Source: Eledone cirrhosa
Taxonomy: Eukaryota
Assembly: GCA_964016885.1 (NCBI GenBank)
Contig: OZ024743.1
Location: forward strand, 192,324,001 to 192,388,000
Length of the DNA stretch: 64,000 nt
Reading direction: 5' to 3'
The position numbers and the translations under genes are program-made. Positions 22,021 to 35,893 of the stretch are shown in pieces. Numbering within the stretch: the stretch's first letter is position 1; each line of letters starts with the position of its first letter. The notes under the pieces were generated by a model. The model was not told the DNA's origin and ran no database searches. It saw nothing but the letters and a program-made list of their open reading frames with translations.

Positions 22021-25000
22021 GAGGAGGGTGCAAGAGCATCACCAGCCTGCTCAGACGTTTTGAACTGTCTGACAGGTATCGGCTGGATCACCCGAATGTG
22101 CCAATGTGGAGATGGACAAACCACATCGGGTCATCCAGAGCGTATCTCGATAGGGTATTCTGCAGAGAACTAGATAAGGCTAGTATAAGTTGTCCACAAT
22201 TTAAAATAGTCGACTACACAGACCACAAATTTGTGATCTGTGAGATCGACATAGACAGACTTCATAGACAAGGGCCTGGTTACTGGAAGATGAACGCGTC
22301 TTTCCCGGCGCGCAAAGCCTACAGAGACCGGATTAGCGCATTAATTAAGCGGGCGTTGACGGGAGCGGTCGTCAACAACAGGTGGTGATTCGCCCTGAAA
22401 AGATCAATTAAGGTAGAGTCGATTAGGTTTAGCAAAGGACTAGTGATAGAGGAAAATAGAGTAGAGGGAGAGCTAGTCAGAAAGCTAGAAGAGGCGTTTA
22501 GGACAGGCATCGCAACCGACGTGCTTGCGGCGGGATTGGCACTCGACCAATTCTTCAACGCAAAACACGAAGGCTGCGTTGTCAGAGCTAGAGCGCGTGC
22601 TCTGAAACACGAGGGGACAAAAGCCATCCAATGAGCCCGGGTGGCAGAGGCGCGACGTGGCAACAAAGCCACAATTAGGTCTTTGTCTGACCAAAACGGG
22701 TGCGTGATGCTCGAACTCGAGCGGATGTGTGAAGCTTTTCAGCAGCACTTTGCTGAACTGTTCGGGAGCGGCGGCGACCCAGATCGGGGCATGAACTTCA
22801 GTGCATACCTCGACGGACTGCCTCGGCTCTCGACGACCGCAGCACAGTGTTGCGAAAAGCCAATAACAGCCGGTGAAATAGGGGAAGCGATGGCTAACTG
22901 CACAAGGGGTAAATCGTCAGGTTTAGATGGTCTGTCCTACGAGCTTTATGCATTTATGCCAGACTTGTTCGGTGACCTCTTGGCAGACGTCTACTGAAAC
23001 TGGCAGCAGAACGGGAGCATTCCCAGTTTTGTGAGCCGGGGAGCAGTGGCGCTGCTGAGAAAAGACCCGAACGAGGGGGATGTTATCGATAATTTCAGCC
23101 CCAAAACCCTGCTAAACGCAGAGTTCAAGATTTTGGCCAAGGTGTTAGCAACGAGGTTGGCGCTTGTCGTCAAGGGTCTGGTGGGAGAGGCGAAGACATG
23201 CGCCATTCAGGACAGATCCATACACGATAACCTCCACCTCATGCGATATATCATAGAGAGGGTGGTTAAGGAACCTGGCAAGGGTGGGGCCCTGATCAAC
23301 TTGGATCAATCCAAAGTATTGGATAGGGTCGACCATCGGTACCTGGCGGCGGTCCTCGAGGCAGCCGGTTTCGGGCCCGTTTTCAGGGGTTGGATCGCAG
23401 AAATGTACAGCGACATCTGCTCAGTTGTGAGGGTGAGCGGTCACCTGTCGCAGCCGTTCAGCATCATGCGCTCAGTCCGCCGGGGTTGTCCCCTCTCGTC
23501 CCTCTTGTACGTATTGGCTATCGAGCCATTACTGCACAAACTGGGGGTGATGAGGAGCGTCCCACGCGAACTAGGATGCGGTAAATCTGAGTCGGCTTAC
23601 GCCGACGACGTCACCGTGGTGGTGTCGAGCACCAGACACGTCCAGATGTTCGGCACCGCTCTCAAGGAATACGAAGCGGTGACAGGAGCAAAGATAAACC
23701 AGGAAAAGTCGGTGGGCTTGTAGCTCAGCACCTGGAGAGGCAAGTCCATGCCGTCCGACAGCGTCGTGGGGCGTTGGACGGACGGACCGGTTAAATTGCT
23801 CGGGGTCTGGTTCGGACCGGACCTCCAGATGGAGAAAAACTGGAGCGAGGTGACGAGCAGGGTGGCCTCCCTCACCCAGAAAGGGGCTGAGAGGAAGCTG
23901 TCCCTGAAAGGCCGGGAGGAGGTGGCGAATGCGTACATCGCATCCGTCATCTGCTACCGCCTCACCGTCGTCCCTTGCTCCAGCCCAACTTTCACCAAAA
24001 TGGAGCGCCTCCTCTTCCGCTTTTTGTGGAAGGGACGCGCTCCCATGGTCAGACGATCCATCTGCTGTCAACACCCGTTGCGTGGAGGACTGGGCATGCC
24101 ATGGCTGATGATGCACAAACATGCACTGAGGCTGCGACATCTCTGGTGCTTCCTTGATGGTGAACGGGTGTGGTCGCAGTTCGCCAGGCACGTTTTCCCA
24201 CAGCTCGTCTCCTTGACGGAGCTGCAGTCCTGGGTCAGAAAAAGACCGAGGGATAGCGCTTGGAAACTGGAATGTCTCCAGGCGCTCACTGCCCTCTCCC
24301 AGCTGGGCACCAGTATCGGTGGAACATCCACCTCGGCGTTCTATAGAGGACTAGTGGAGGGGAAGAGCGACGACATTCTCGGAGAGATGCTGGGCGTCGA
24401 AGAAGATCAGCTGTTTGCTCTCTTCCGGAGAACTTTCAGCCCGGGGCCTATGGATAACTTCCAAAAATCCCTGGCCTGGCAGTGCTACCGGTTCGAGATA
24501 AGCTCTACAAGCACGGAAGTGCCGTCAGCCGAGCCTGTCCGAGATGCGCGCAGAACGACGAAACCGTCGTGCACGCACTCGTTCAGTGCCGGAGCATTGC
24601 TGACTTGTGGAGCTATGTCGAACAGTTGCTGTCGCGTGTGGGACTGATCCGGTTATCGACTGAGTCCATTGTGCAGATGGTCTCGCCGTCTTCCTTCGAG
24701 GAGGAAGGGCAGGCGGTTTTCATCTGCCTGGTGGCCATGGCGAAAGAGATTGTGTGGTGGACAAGGTTAAAAGGGTTAAAGACAGACACTTTCCTCTTCG
24801 GCGAATCCCTAATTAACTTTTTCAAGTTTCACTTGAAGAGGAAAATCAGGGTGGAGGGGCAAGTGCTGCCTTCTAGCAAGTTTGTTGAAAGGTGAATGTA
24901 GCGAGAATGCTCCAAGTGAACGGGGGACCACTCTGAATATACGTCTGTAGTTTGAGAGATGGAAAAATTGAGAGAGGGCGCTTGCCCTGGTGGTCAGGGT

Positions 25001-25666
25001 GGCCGTTGTCTTTTGTGTGGTTTTCGCCACGAGTAACCCTCGGAGGTTTCCCCCCTATTGGGGAATTTTTCATTGTTTCAATTTTCATTTTTATTGTTTA
25101 TATATATATTTAGCAGCATAGTATATAAATGTTATTGAGACACGAGTAACATAATAATGATGTCAACAGCAGAAATTAGAGATGAAATGTATGTTTATTT
25201 TTGTTGTAGCACAAATAATGTTTGTTAACTTGTATGGTTGAAGTTACACATAAAATGAGGTTACAAAAGGGAATGTGCCATTTTGCCAGGCCCAAGGAAG
25301 GCCGGCAGGCCAAAGTGCAAAATCTCACCGTCACATGTTGTACGTGTTGCTGCTTCGAAGTTCCGGGTGCGAGAGAGAGATTCTTCAAATCTTCGCGGGG
25401 AATTTCTACCTCAGGGCGCGTAGGGATACATCCTCTTCTACTGGCGCTGATTGGCTGAGCTGAGCCAAATCACGCACAGAGAATGTATGTGAGCCCGCGG
25501 AATGTAGGTCACTACATATATATGTTTCTATGTCCTTTTTTTTCTTTTCTTATATAAATAATAAAAATATTTACACGCACAAAACCCACATCGTACCGTC
25601 CTGTACCGTCCTGTGCCGTCTGTAATGTTTTTCTTGATGTCAGCCCTTGTACCCAATAAATAAATC
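22021..25666 (+). mobile_element. 5'-truncated, decayed Tx1 LINE, copy C
   Basis: ORF2 homology from mid-APE to the C-terminus with many stops. Preceded by (ATT)4 and ends AATAAA...(ATT)n. The 3'UTR is interrupted at 25109-25516. Confidence 0.9.
25109..25516 (-). mobile_element. Probable solo LTR inserted in the (TA)n of a Tx1 3'UTR
   Basis: Absent from the paralogous 3'UTR at ~28860-28930. The minus strand starts TGTAG and ends CTAAA (near-inverted termini), with CCAAT and AATAAA inside and TATA on both flanks. Confidence 0.55.
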
Positions 25667-25680
25667 ATTATTATTATTAT

Positions 25681-28593
25681 GACCACATGTGTGAAGACGT
25701 TACAATTCTGCAGGAGAAAAGGTTCGTAATTTTAAGCTGTTTTAAAGTATCATTTTTTGTATTTTCTTGTCGATAACGAAGCATAAGATACTCACCTTGT
25801 TCCAAGGAAGGGAGACGTCTCAATATTCGTGCTTTAAACCCGAATATTCCGATTTATTTTTAAAAGCTTCGAAAAGCCCCCCCCCCCCCAAATGGAAATT
25901 TTCAACCTTGAAACGGTAAACAACATATAGGTCAAAAGGTCAAAAACAGCCACTATATATCTCACCAAGACTACTACTACAACAGACATGTCTGTCGTCC
26001 ACTCCACTGAATATAAAAACAAAACACAGGAGTTACCATCACAACCGCTCCCTTCTGTGATAGTAGCAGTACCATCTCAAAACCACATCACCACCACCAC
26101 AACAACAACAACCCAGAAAAACAACAACAATAACACCAACAGCCTCAATATAAACACTAATAACGGTAGCAACAGCAACAACAAACAAAACAACAAGAAC
26201 AACAACAGCAACAACGACAGCACCAACATCAAGAACAACGGAGAGTAAAGGTCCGCATTCCCAGGATCCCACCAGGAATGAACATATGGTGGCTCCTGGG
26301 ATATGTAATCGAGGAGGAAACAGACACTACCCTCCTAGATATCAAAAAGACACAGAGAGAAGAAGACTGGTCCGGAATGGATCTGGAGATTCTTCTCCTA
26401 ATGAAACCAGAGGACATCAACAACATCCCGGATTTTTCCCGCCTGCAGGACGGGACAACAATCCAATTAATCACTGAGGGTTGAAGGCTACACTGCTTTG
26501 TCTGCGGAGAAGCAACGCATCTGCAAGCCTTTTACCCTCAGCTCAAAAATGCAAGAATTCGCAAACCTTCTTTGTTGCCAACGGCATTGTCAGCACAGAA
26601 AGCTGCACCACCACCATCAAAAACAACACCAACAATGACACGGGTAACCCCACCATAATAAAAAACAGCCGGACTACCACCAGCACCGAAACCAACCCAA
26701 GGGGAAAACGAGGAAAGCTTTCCCACTCCTCCTACCCCTCCAATTATGCATATAGACAAAACCATAAATGCACACATAGACACAGATACACTCACAGCCA
26801 CAGACCCTTTGTCTTCAGCCCTGTCTTCAGAAGCTGGATCGCTGCAATGCACAGCGGTACCTGCTCGGTGGTCAAGGTCAATGGCCACCTCTCGGAACCG
26901 TTTCGGCTCTCCCGATTGGTCCGTTAAGGGTGCCCTCTCTCTTCCCTTCTATACGTATTGACTCTCGAGCCTTTACTGCGGAAGCTGGAGCTGTTGCAGG
27001 GCATCCCGCTCGAACCGGGGCGAGGAAAGGTTGTGTCGGCTTATGCGGACGACATCACCGTGATGGTGTCGGGCACATCGGAAATCGAGGTGGTCGGCAC
27101 CTTATTGAAGGAATATGAAAGGTTGACAGGAGCCAAACTTAACCCGGAAAAGTCGGTGGGTTTGCAGCTCAGCACCTAGAGAGGCAAATCCATGCCATCC
27201 AACAGCATCGGGGGCGGGGGGGCTGGATGGATGGACCGGTAAAGTTGCTCAGGTTTGGTTCGGACCATACCTCCAGGTGGAAAAGAATTGGGACGACGTA
27301 ACGAGTAGGGTAGTCAGTCTCACCCAAAAATGGGATGCAAGGAAGCTATCACTGAAAGGTCGCTCAGAGGTGGTGAATGCGTATATCGCGTCCATCATCT
27401 ACTACCGCCTGACCGTCGTTCCTTGCCCACATCCGTGCCTCGCCAGGTTGGAACGACTCCTCTTCAAATTCTTGTGGGGAGGACAAGTCCCGTTGGTGAG
27501 GCGATCTATCTGCTACCACCACCCTCTACACGGAGGGCTGGGCATGTCATGGTTAATGATGCGAAGACATGTGCTGAGGCTGTGACTATTTCCAGATATT
27601 CTGCCTAAACGGTGAACAGGAGTGGTCGTCGTTTATCAGATGAGCCTTTCCGCAGCTCGTTTCTTTGACTGAGCTGTAGTCCTGGGTCAAGAAGAAACCA
27701 AGACTGGGTGACTGGCACCTGGAATGTTGCCAGGCACTCATTGCCCTCTACCAAGCGGGCAATGCGATCGGTGGAACTTCCACTCTTGAGTTCTATAGAG
27801 GTGGGAAAGTGCAATGAGAAGCTTTGGGCCTCAACGAAGTCGAACTGACCAGTCTGTTCCGGAGGACTTTCGAGCCAGGGATGATGGACAATTTCCAGAT
27901 ATCCCTCGCTTGGCAGTGCTACTGGGGGGGTACTGCCAGTTCGGGATAAACTCTACAGGCACGGAAGTGCTGTTAGACGGACCTACCAGAGATGCGCACA
28001 GAGCGACGAAACCATTCTGCACGCACTTGTCCAATGTCCGTGCATTACTGACTTGTGGAGTTATGTCGAACAGCTACTGTCACGTGTAGAACGGATCTGG
28101 CTATCAGCCAAGTCCATAGTGAAGATCGACCCGCCGCCTTCCTTTGGCCAGGAAGAGCAGGCAATTTTCCTGTCTGGTGGCAGTTGCGAAAGAGGTTATA
28201 TGGTGGACCAGATTGAAAGGACTGAAGACAGACACTTTTTCTCTTCAGCCAATCCCTCATCAAGGTGAGAATGGCCCGTGTGAATGGGCCTACTCTGACC
28301 ATGCTCCTATAGGCTAGGTAATTTGAGGAGAGGGGTTCTCTCCCTGGGTGCCCTAGAAGTGCAGGGTGGTTCAGGATTGGTGGGGTACCTGAGTCACCCC
28401 TGAGTCGTCCACCACCCTACAGGGGAATTTATTTTATTATATTTATGCATAGATTATTTTATATTTTTATATCTCCATTGTTAAATTAGTCTTGCCATTG
28501 TGCACTTTTACTCGACCTTATTGTAAACCCCCACTGTCAGTGTCTCTGTATTGTACCCTACATGTCGGCCCTTGTGGCCAATAAATGAAATCA
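25681..28593 (+). mobile_element. Divergent Tx1 subfamily copy with a large internal deletion (ORF1 joined to mid-RT)
   Basis: ORF1 relic (EEDWSGMDLEIL, CFVCGEATHL), jump at ~26810 into FSPVFRSWIAAMHS, YADD at ~27042, distinct 3'UTR ending AATAAATGAAATC-ATT. Confidence 0.85.
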
Positions 28594-29205
28594 TTATTAA
28601 CTTTTTCAAGTTTCACTTGAAAAGGAAAATTAGTGTGGAGAGGCAAGTGCTGCCTTCTTGCAAGTTTGTTGAAAGGTGGCTGAAAGTAGCGAGAATGGTC
28701 CGAGTGAACGGGACCGCTCTGAATATATGCCTGTAGTTTTAGAAATGGAAAAATTGAGAGGGCGCTTGCCCTGGTGGCCAGGGTGGCCGTGGTCTTTTGT
28801 GTAGTTTTCGCCACAAGCAACCCTCGGAGGTTTCCCCCCTATTGGGGAATTTTTTCAATTTTCATTTTTATTGTTTATATATATATATATATATATATAT
28901 GTTTCTATGTCTTTTTCTTTTTCTTTTCTTATATAAATAATTGTTTCTACGTTAGGCACAAGGCCAGCAAATACCCAGTGCATTACTGGTACTTTATTTT
29001 ATCGACCCCGTAAGGATGAAAGGCAAAGTTAACCTCGGCGGGATTTGAACTCAGAATGGCAAGGGCCGTAACTCTATACGTCAAAGCATGGCGTCCGACC
29101 CTCTCCCAAAACTAAATCTTTACACGAACAAAACCCACATCGTGCCGTCCTGTGCCGCCTGTAATGTTTTTCTTGATGTCAGCCCCTGTGGCCAATAAAG
29201 AAATC
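28594..29205 (+). mobile_element. Short 3'-end Tx1 fragment (copy C-like) carrying a nested SINE
   Basis: INFFKFHLKRKI...NICL plus 3'UTR. A minus-strand ATT-tailed SINE sits at ~28940-29108. Confidence 0.85.
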
Positions 29206-29443
29206 TCTGGGTTCAAATCCCGCCGAGGTTAACTTTGCCTTTCATCCTTATGGAGTCGATAAAATAAAGTACCAGTCACGCACTGGGTTCGATTTAATCG
29301 ACTTTCCCCTCCCCCCAAATTACTGGCCTTGTGCCGAAATAAGAAACCATTATTATTATTGCCTTTCATCCTTACGGAGTCGATAAAATAAAGTACCAGT
29401 AATCCGCTGGGTAATTGCTGGTCTTGTGCCAAAAGTAGAAACA

Positions 29444-29479
<36 letters not shown>
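29206..29479 (+). mobile_element. Two 5'-truncated ATT-tailed SINE pieces in tandem, then (ATT)n
   Basis: Both match the 3' part of the 20532 SINE, and each ends in ATT repeats. Confidence 0.8.
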
Positions 29480-32400
29480 GACGGTGAATCCACGCACGCT
29501 TCTTATCGCCTCCAGTTTTTTTCAACAGTTTACCTCGTTTTCAACCGTTCTAAACCTTTTCTAAAGTTTTAAACTTGATAAAAGTTTAGAAGTGACCCAC
29601 CTAATACAGGGGTTCACTCGTAAATAATATTATTTGAAAAAAAATTAATTTCTTTCAACATGGATAACACAAGAAAGAGAGAGAGCGCTGTCAGACATCT
29701 CAGAGAGAGGGAGACTTTGTCAACATATCAACAAGACAGCGTTCTAGCGAAGGTAAATATAAAAGAAAATATTACGAATGAAAAGAGGAACAATTGCATT
29801 TTTAATGATATTGTTACAGATTTAAAATTACCAAATATTTCTAACACAAACAACACCAACAATAACACCAACAACAACACCATCAATAACAACAGCAACA
29901 ACAAAAATAACAACGGTAAGGTCGAGAACGACAATAACAATGACAATAACAACAGCCACAACAACAATAATAGTAGGAACTGTATCAACAAAAACAACAA
30001 CAACAGCAACAACAGTACTGTAGCAAGAGTTGCCTCCCTTGTTGTGACGATCACATCACCAGTAGAGTAACGCTCTCTAGACAGGAAGTAGCTGGAGTTA
30101 CTTCCCGTTGTGGTTACCTTCTTTGTCAATTCCGTCCAGGGACCATATAAAAGGGACAGCTCAAAGATGTCTCCCTCTCATTTGCCCTTTCGGCTGCTGG
30201 CCTTTGGCCAGGCGCGTTCCGCCCCGCCGAGGGTATACTCTCTGGCAACCTGAACATGATAATGTAAAGACCTCTCGGTCCCTTGCGCGATGATTTCAAA
30301 ACGGTAACAAATAACTTTACTTCATTTTTTCATCTACTCTTGACATGTCAACCATTCTATTCTACATAACTCAACTATGTTAAATAAACATTGTACATAC
30401 AACTGAGTCTCCTGTTATATTCATACAATCCAGTATTCTGTTATAGTACCAACGAAAACATCAACAATGACATCGATACCTGTAACAGCGATCTCAGCAA
30501 GACCAGTAGCGGCAGCAATAGTGGTGCCTCTGAAAAAGGGACCACTTCTTTTGAAGGTGTCGCCCGAAATATCGAAACAGTGTTAGTCACAGAGGAGGAG
30601 GTGGCAGTCGCAAGGGCCATGGTGACAAGAAATGCCAATAGAGTTTCCCTGAAACCTCCACCCGATTTTTTCAAGGACCAGCAGCTACGGACGGTGACTT
30701 ACCGCACCGTAAGCAAAATGTCACATCGGGTGGAGAGAGCCACGGAGGCTCAAATCCAAAAGGCCTTGGGGTGCGTCTGGGCATGCAAAACCCACATCAC
30801 CCGAGGCAGAAAGTACGCTACAGTAGACGTACTTTTCGCCACCTCCAAGAAGCGAAGTCTCACTTTAGGGTTTGCAAAGAGTGAGACTTCAAAGTGACAC
30901 AGATCTCACACGACGTGCCCATACCTTGGCTGGCCACTTGCTGGAATAGAGGACAGGACGACCATGCTGCAAGTAGAGAAAATGTGGAGAGAGAACTGGT
31001 CAGGTATAGGCATGCAAATGCTTATACAAACTGACCAGGAGTGTATCGACGCTACCCCTGATATCATAGACCTCGAGGAAGAACTCCAACTCCCTATAAG
31101 CGTGGAAGGAAGACGGCCAAAATGGTATCTCTGTGGGTCAAAACGTCACCTCAGGGCCTTTTGCCCGCAGAAGACAGCGAAGAAGAAGGCCCCTCCCCTT
31201 CCAATACCTGGTCCGCTGCTACCAAGAGCAGGGCAGGCAACAAACGCAGAAGCCCCTTCTACAGTGAGTAGGAGGGCAACGTCCGTGGCACCCGTACCAA
31301 AGCCACAGACAACTAAAGCAGCAGCATCAGTGGCGGCAACACCAGTAGCTACATTTGCAGTAGCTGCACCAGCAACAAAATCGCCGGAGAGGGCTCCACT
31401 ACCACCACCAACAGCCGTGGAGCACATACCCCTCCCAGACGCCACGGAATCCGACAGGGAGTCTGAGGCGGGAGTGAAGTGGCAAACGGTCTGCTACAAA
31501 AAACAAAATAACTTCACCCTCCAAAAGCGAAGGCACACAAAGAGTGGTAAAGGCTGCAAGGAGACTTGCAGCAACACCATCACCATCACCACCACAAGCA
31601 CCACCGCCAACAACAACCACACCACCACCAGCAACACCAAAAACACCAACAACGCAAACACAACCAAACACACACACCCAACAGCAACAAAATCACCCCT
31701 CCCCCAAAAAATACACAGCCATAAACATGGCAAATAAAGAACTCATACAACATATAAAGCAGCACACAGACATCACAGAAAAAAAACTACTACACTCTAC
31801 CAACACCAAGAACTCTCCCGACAAACATAAGCATCATTGATATCAAAATAGAACAATACAAACGTTTAAAACAAAAATTCCCCAACGCAGTTGGAGACTT
31901 CAGATGATCGGTTACCAAGAGGATATACACTGACATCCTCTTGGAAACACCCATGACCAGCCAAAGGGACGGTTCTACTGTCCCTTCACCACATGATCAA
32001 GGTAAGTGACTCTTTCTCACTTGCCCCATTTCTCATCCAACATGGCCGTACTTAGAATAGGCAGTATAAATACACGTGGCCTGGGGTCATCTTGGAAGCA
32101 GGGTCACCTGCTCAACGACCTCAGGTTACTAAACATAGATGTGGTGACCATCCGTGAGACCAGAATCTCCGAAGAACGAGCCTTGGTACCGATCTTCGGC
32201 GGATACGATGTATACGCATCTCCCAGCCGTCCAGGATCGGAGGGAGGGGTTGCCGTCCTTTTTCGGTGAGGCTTGTCTCGCCATACAGGCCATCTTCCTG
32301 GACCCAGAAGGTAAGTCGGTGGTGCTGGACGTGACCGGCAGCGAAGGCAATGCTTTCAGGTAGCAGCCGTCTACGCCCCAACTGGAGCAAGACGACCAGA

Positions 32401-34883
32401 TTCCTTCAGACGTCTAGAGATCTTTCTTGGAACGTCCTGCTCTTTAGTGTTAGTGGGCGACTGGAACGGTATCTGGGATGCACGCTGGGATTGTGTGGGG
32501 CTAGTGGATAGGGGAGGGGAGTGCAAGAGCCTCACCAACCTGCTCAGACGTTTTCAACTGTCTGACAGGTATCGACTGGATCACCCGAATGTGCCAATGT
32601 GGAGATGGACAAACCGCATCGGGTCATCCAGAGCGTATCTCGATAGGGTATTCTGCAGAGAACAAGATAAGGCTATTATAAGTTGTCCACAATTTAAAAT
32701 AGCCGACTACACAGACCAGAAATTTGTGATATGTAAGATCGACATAGGCAGACTTTATAGACAAGGACCCGGTTACTGGAAGCTGAACGCGTCTTTCCAG
32801 GTGCGCAAAGTCAACAACAGGTGGTGATTCGCCCTGAAAAGATCAATTAAAGTAGAGTCGATTAGGTTTAGCAAAGGAGTAGTGATAGAGGAAAATAGAG
32901 TAGCGGGAGAGCTAGTCAGAAAGCTAGAAGAGGCGTTTAGGACAGGCATCGCAACCGACGTTCTTGCGGCGAGATTGGCACTCGACCAATTCTTCAACGC
33001 AAAACACGAAGGCTGCGTTGTCAGAGCTAGAACGCGTGCTCTGAAACACGAGGGGACAAAAGCAGTCCAATGGGCCCAGGTGGCAGTGGCGCGACGTGGC
33101 AACAAAGTCACTATTCGGTCTTTGTCTGACCAAAACGGGTGCGTGTTGCTCAAACCCGAGCAGATGTGTGAGGATTTTCAACAGCACTTTGTTGGACTGT
33201 TCGGGAGCAGCGGCGGGCCGGATCGGGGTATGGACTTCAGTGCATACCTCGACGGACTGCCTCGGCTCTCGACGACCGCAGCACAGTGTTGCGAAAAGCC
33301 AATAACAGCCGGTGAAATACAGGAAGCGATGGCTAACTGCACGAGGGGTAAATCGCCAGATTTGGATGGTCTGCCCTACGAGCTTTATGCATTTATGCCA
33401 AACTTGTTCGGTGACATCTTGGCAGACGTCTACTGCAACTGGCAGCAGAACGGGAGCATTCCCAGTTTTGTGAGCCGGGAAGCGATGGTGCTGCTGAGAA
33501 AAGACCCGAACAAGGGGGATGTTATCGATAACTTTAGGCCCATAACCCTGCTAAACGCAGAGTTCAAGATTTTGGCCAAAGTGTTAGCAACGAGGTTGGT
33601 GCTTGTCGTAGAGGGTCTGGTGGGAGAGGCTCAGACATGCGCCATTTCGGACAGATCCATACACGGCAACCTCCACCTCATGCGATACATCGTAGAGAGG
33701 GTGGTTAAGGAACCTGGAACGAGTGGGGCCCTGATCAACTTGGATCAATCCAAAGCATTCGATAGGGTCGACCATCGGTACCTGGCGGCGGTCCTCGAGG
33801 CAGCCGGTTTCGGGCCCATTTCAGGGGTTGGATCGCTGCGATGTACAGCGACATCTGCTCAGTTGTGAGGGTGAACGGTCACCTGTTGCAGCCGTTCAGC
33901 ATCATGCGTTCGGTCCGCCAGGGTTGTCCCCTCTCGTCTCTCTTGTACGTATTGGCTCTCGAGCCGTTACTGAACAAACTGGGGGCGATGAGGGGCGTCC
34001 CACGCCAACTAGGATGCGGTAAATCTGAGTCGGATTATGCCGACGACATCACCGTGGTGACGAGCAGGGTGGCCTCCGTCACCCAGAAATGGGCCGAGAG
34101 GAAGCTGTCTCTGAAAGGCCGGGAGGAGGTGGCGAATGCGTACATCGCATCCGTCATCTGCTACCGCCTCATCTGCTACCGGCCCAACTCTCACCAAAAT
34201 GGAGCGCCTCCTCTTCCGCTTTTTGTGGAAGCGTCGCGCTCCCATGGTCAGACGATCCATCTGCTGTCAGCACCTGTTGCGTGGAGTACTGGGCATGCTA
34301 TGGCTGATGATGCACAAACATGCACTGAGGCTGCGACATCTCTGGTGCTTCGTTGACGGTGAACAGGTGTGGTCGCCGTTCGCCAGGCACGTTTTCCCAC
34401 AGCTCGTCTCCTTGACGGAGCTGCGGTCCTGGGTCAGGAAATGACCAAGGGCTAGAGCTTGGAAACTGGAATGTCTCCAGGCGCTCACCGCCCTCTGCCA
34501 GCTGGGCACCAGTATCGGTGGAACATCCACCTCGGCGTTCTATAAGGACTATTGGCGGGGAAGAGCAACGACGTTCTCCGAAAGACTCTGGGCGTCGAAG
34601 AAGATCAGCTGTTTGCTCTCTTCCGGAGAACTTTCAGCCCAGGGCCTATGGATAACTTCCAGAAATCTCTGGCCTGGCAGTGCTACCGGGGAGCGTTTCC
34701 GGTTCAAGATAACGTCTACAGGCACGGAAGTGCCGTCAGCCGAGCCTGTCCGAGATGCGCACAGAGCGACGAAACCGTCGTTCACGCACTCGTTAAGTGC
34801 CCAAGCATTGCTGATTTGTGGAGCTATGTCGAACAGTTGGTGTCGCGTGTAGGACCGATCTGGTTATCAACTGAGTCCATTAT
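29480..34883 (+). mobile_element. Decayed Tx1 LINE, copy F (5'-complete, 3' end lost; ORF1 related to type A)
   Basis: ORF1 relics (RVERATEAQIQKALG, YLCGSKRHLRAFC), ORF2 ATG at 32042, RT motifs, internal deletion at ~34057. Starts right after (ATT)n. Confidence 0.9.
30019..30445 (+). mobile_element. Probable solo LTR (Gypsy-like, 4-bp TSD)
   Basis: 427-bp insertion splitting the Asn-rich ORF1 tract. GTAC at 30015-18 and 30446-49, termini TGTAGCA...TGTTATA, TATAAAA at ~30146, AATAAA at ~30383. Confidence 0.7.
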
Positions 34884-35882
34884 GTAGCAAAAAAAACAAC
34901 AACAAACCGAACAATGTGCGAGCAACTTAAGGTAAGAAAATCCAAAACCACAGCGATAAGAGAACTTAAGTTCAACAGCGTGTGGGCAAGCGAAAAGACA
35001 CGTCTGACCCCAGCGAGTGTAAGTGAGAAAAGGACTGCTAGAGGATCGGTTTGTTGTTTTTTTCGCTGTTTTCTCTTTTCTTCTCTTTTCCCTTCTATTT
35101 TCCTTCCCTCTCTCCTCCGTTTTCCCAATAACTTACCCAGTTATTGAACGCTCTGGGCGGTAGATATCTTGTCTTTAATGCGTGGAAATATCCGAGACCC
35201 CCAGTATACAACTGACGAGGAACCCCCGTTCTTTCTTTCTTCTTATTCTCCCTCCATTTTAAGCTACCTTAACTAACAACTACACAACCAATCCTATTCT
35301 CCATATATTTTATCATGTTTCGCTGTGACCAGTCTTCTCTCTCCTTCTACCTGCCTATTTCGTTACTATCTACTCTTACCCCTCTTTCTTCCTCTCCCTT
35401 TCTCCCTCTCACTTTCACTCACCCTCTCTTTGCTAGCCACCTCATTGTTTCCCTCGCCTGACCCGCTAGCAGTCCTTTTCTCACTTACACTTGTTTGGGT
35501 CAGACGTGTCTTTCGCTCGCCAACAGGCTTTTGAACTTAAGTTCTCTTATCGCTGTGGTCTTGGATTTTCTTACCTTAAGTTGCTCGCACATTGCTCGGT
35601 TTGTTGTTTTTTTCACTGTTTTCTCTTTTCTTCCCTTTTCCCTTCTATTTTACTTCCCTCCCTCCTCCGATTTCCCAATAACTTACCAAGTTATTGAACG
35701 ATCTGAGCGGTAGATATCTTGCCTTTAAAGCGTGGAAATATCCGAGACCCCCAGTAGACGACTGATGAGGAAAACTCTCCCCCCCCCCCCACCCACCCAA
35801 CTACGGTTCTTGCTTTCTTCTTATTCTCCCTCCATTTTAAGCTACCTTAACTAGCAACTACACAGCCAATCCTATTCCCCAT
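34884..35882. mobile_element. Unclassified non-coding element with nested inverted and direct repeats
   Basis: ~34890-35049 is inverted relative to ~35458-35612. ~35047-35305 is directly repeated at ~35597-35882. Ends at (TA)n. Confidence 0.6.
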
Positions 35883-35893
35883 TTATATATATA

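Noticed and set aside
35730-35780. CTGATGAG/GAAA hammerhead candidate
   Set aside because: Convincing stems could not be formed in type I, II or III topology.
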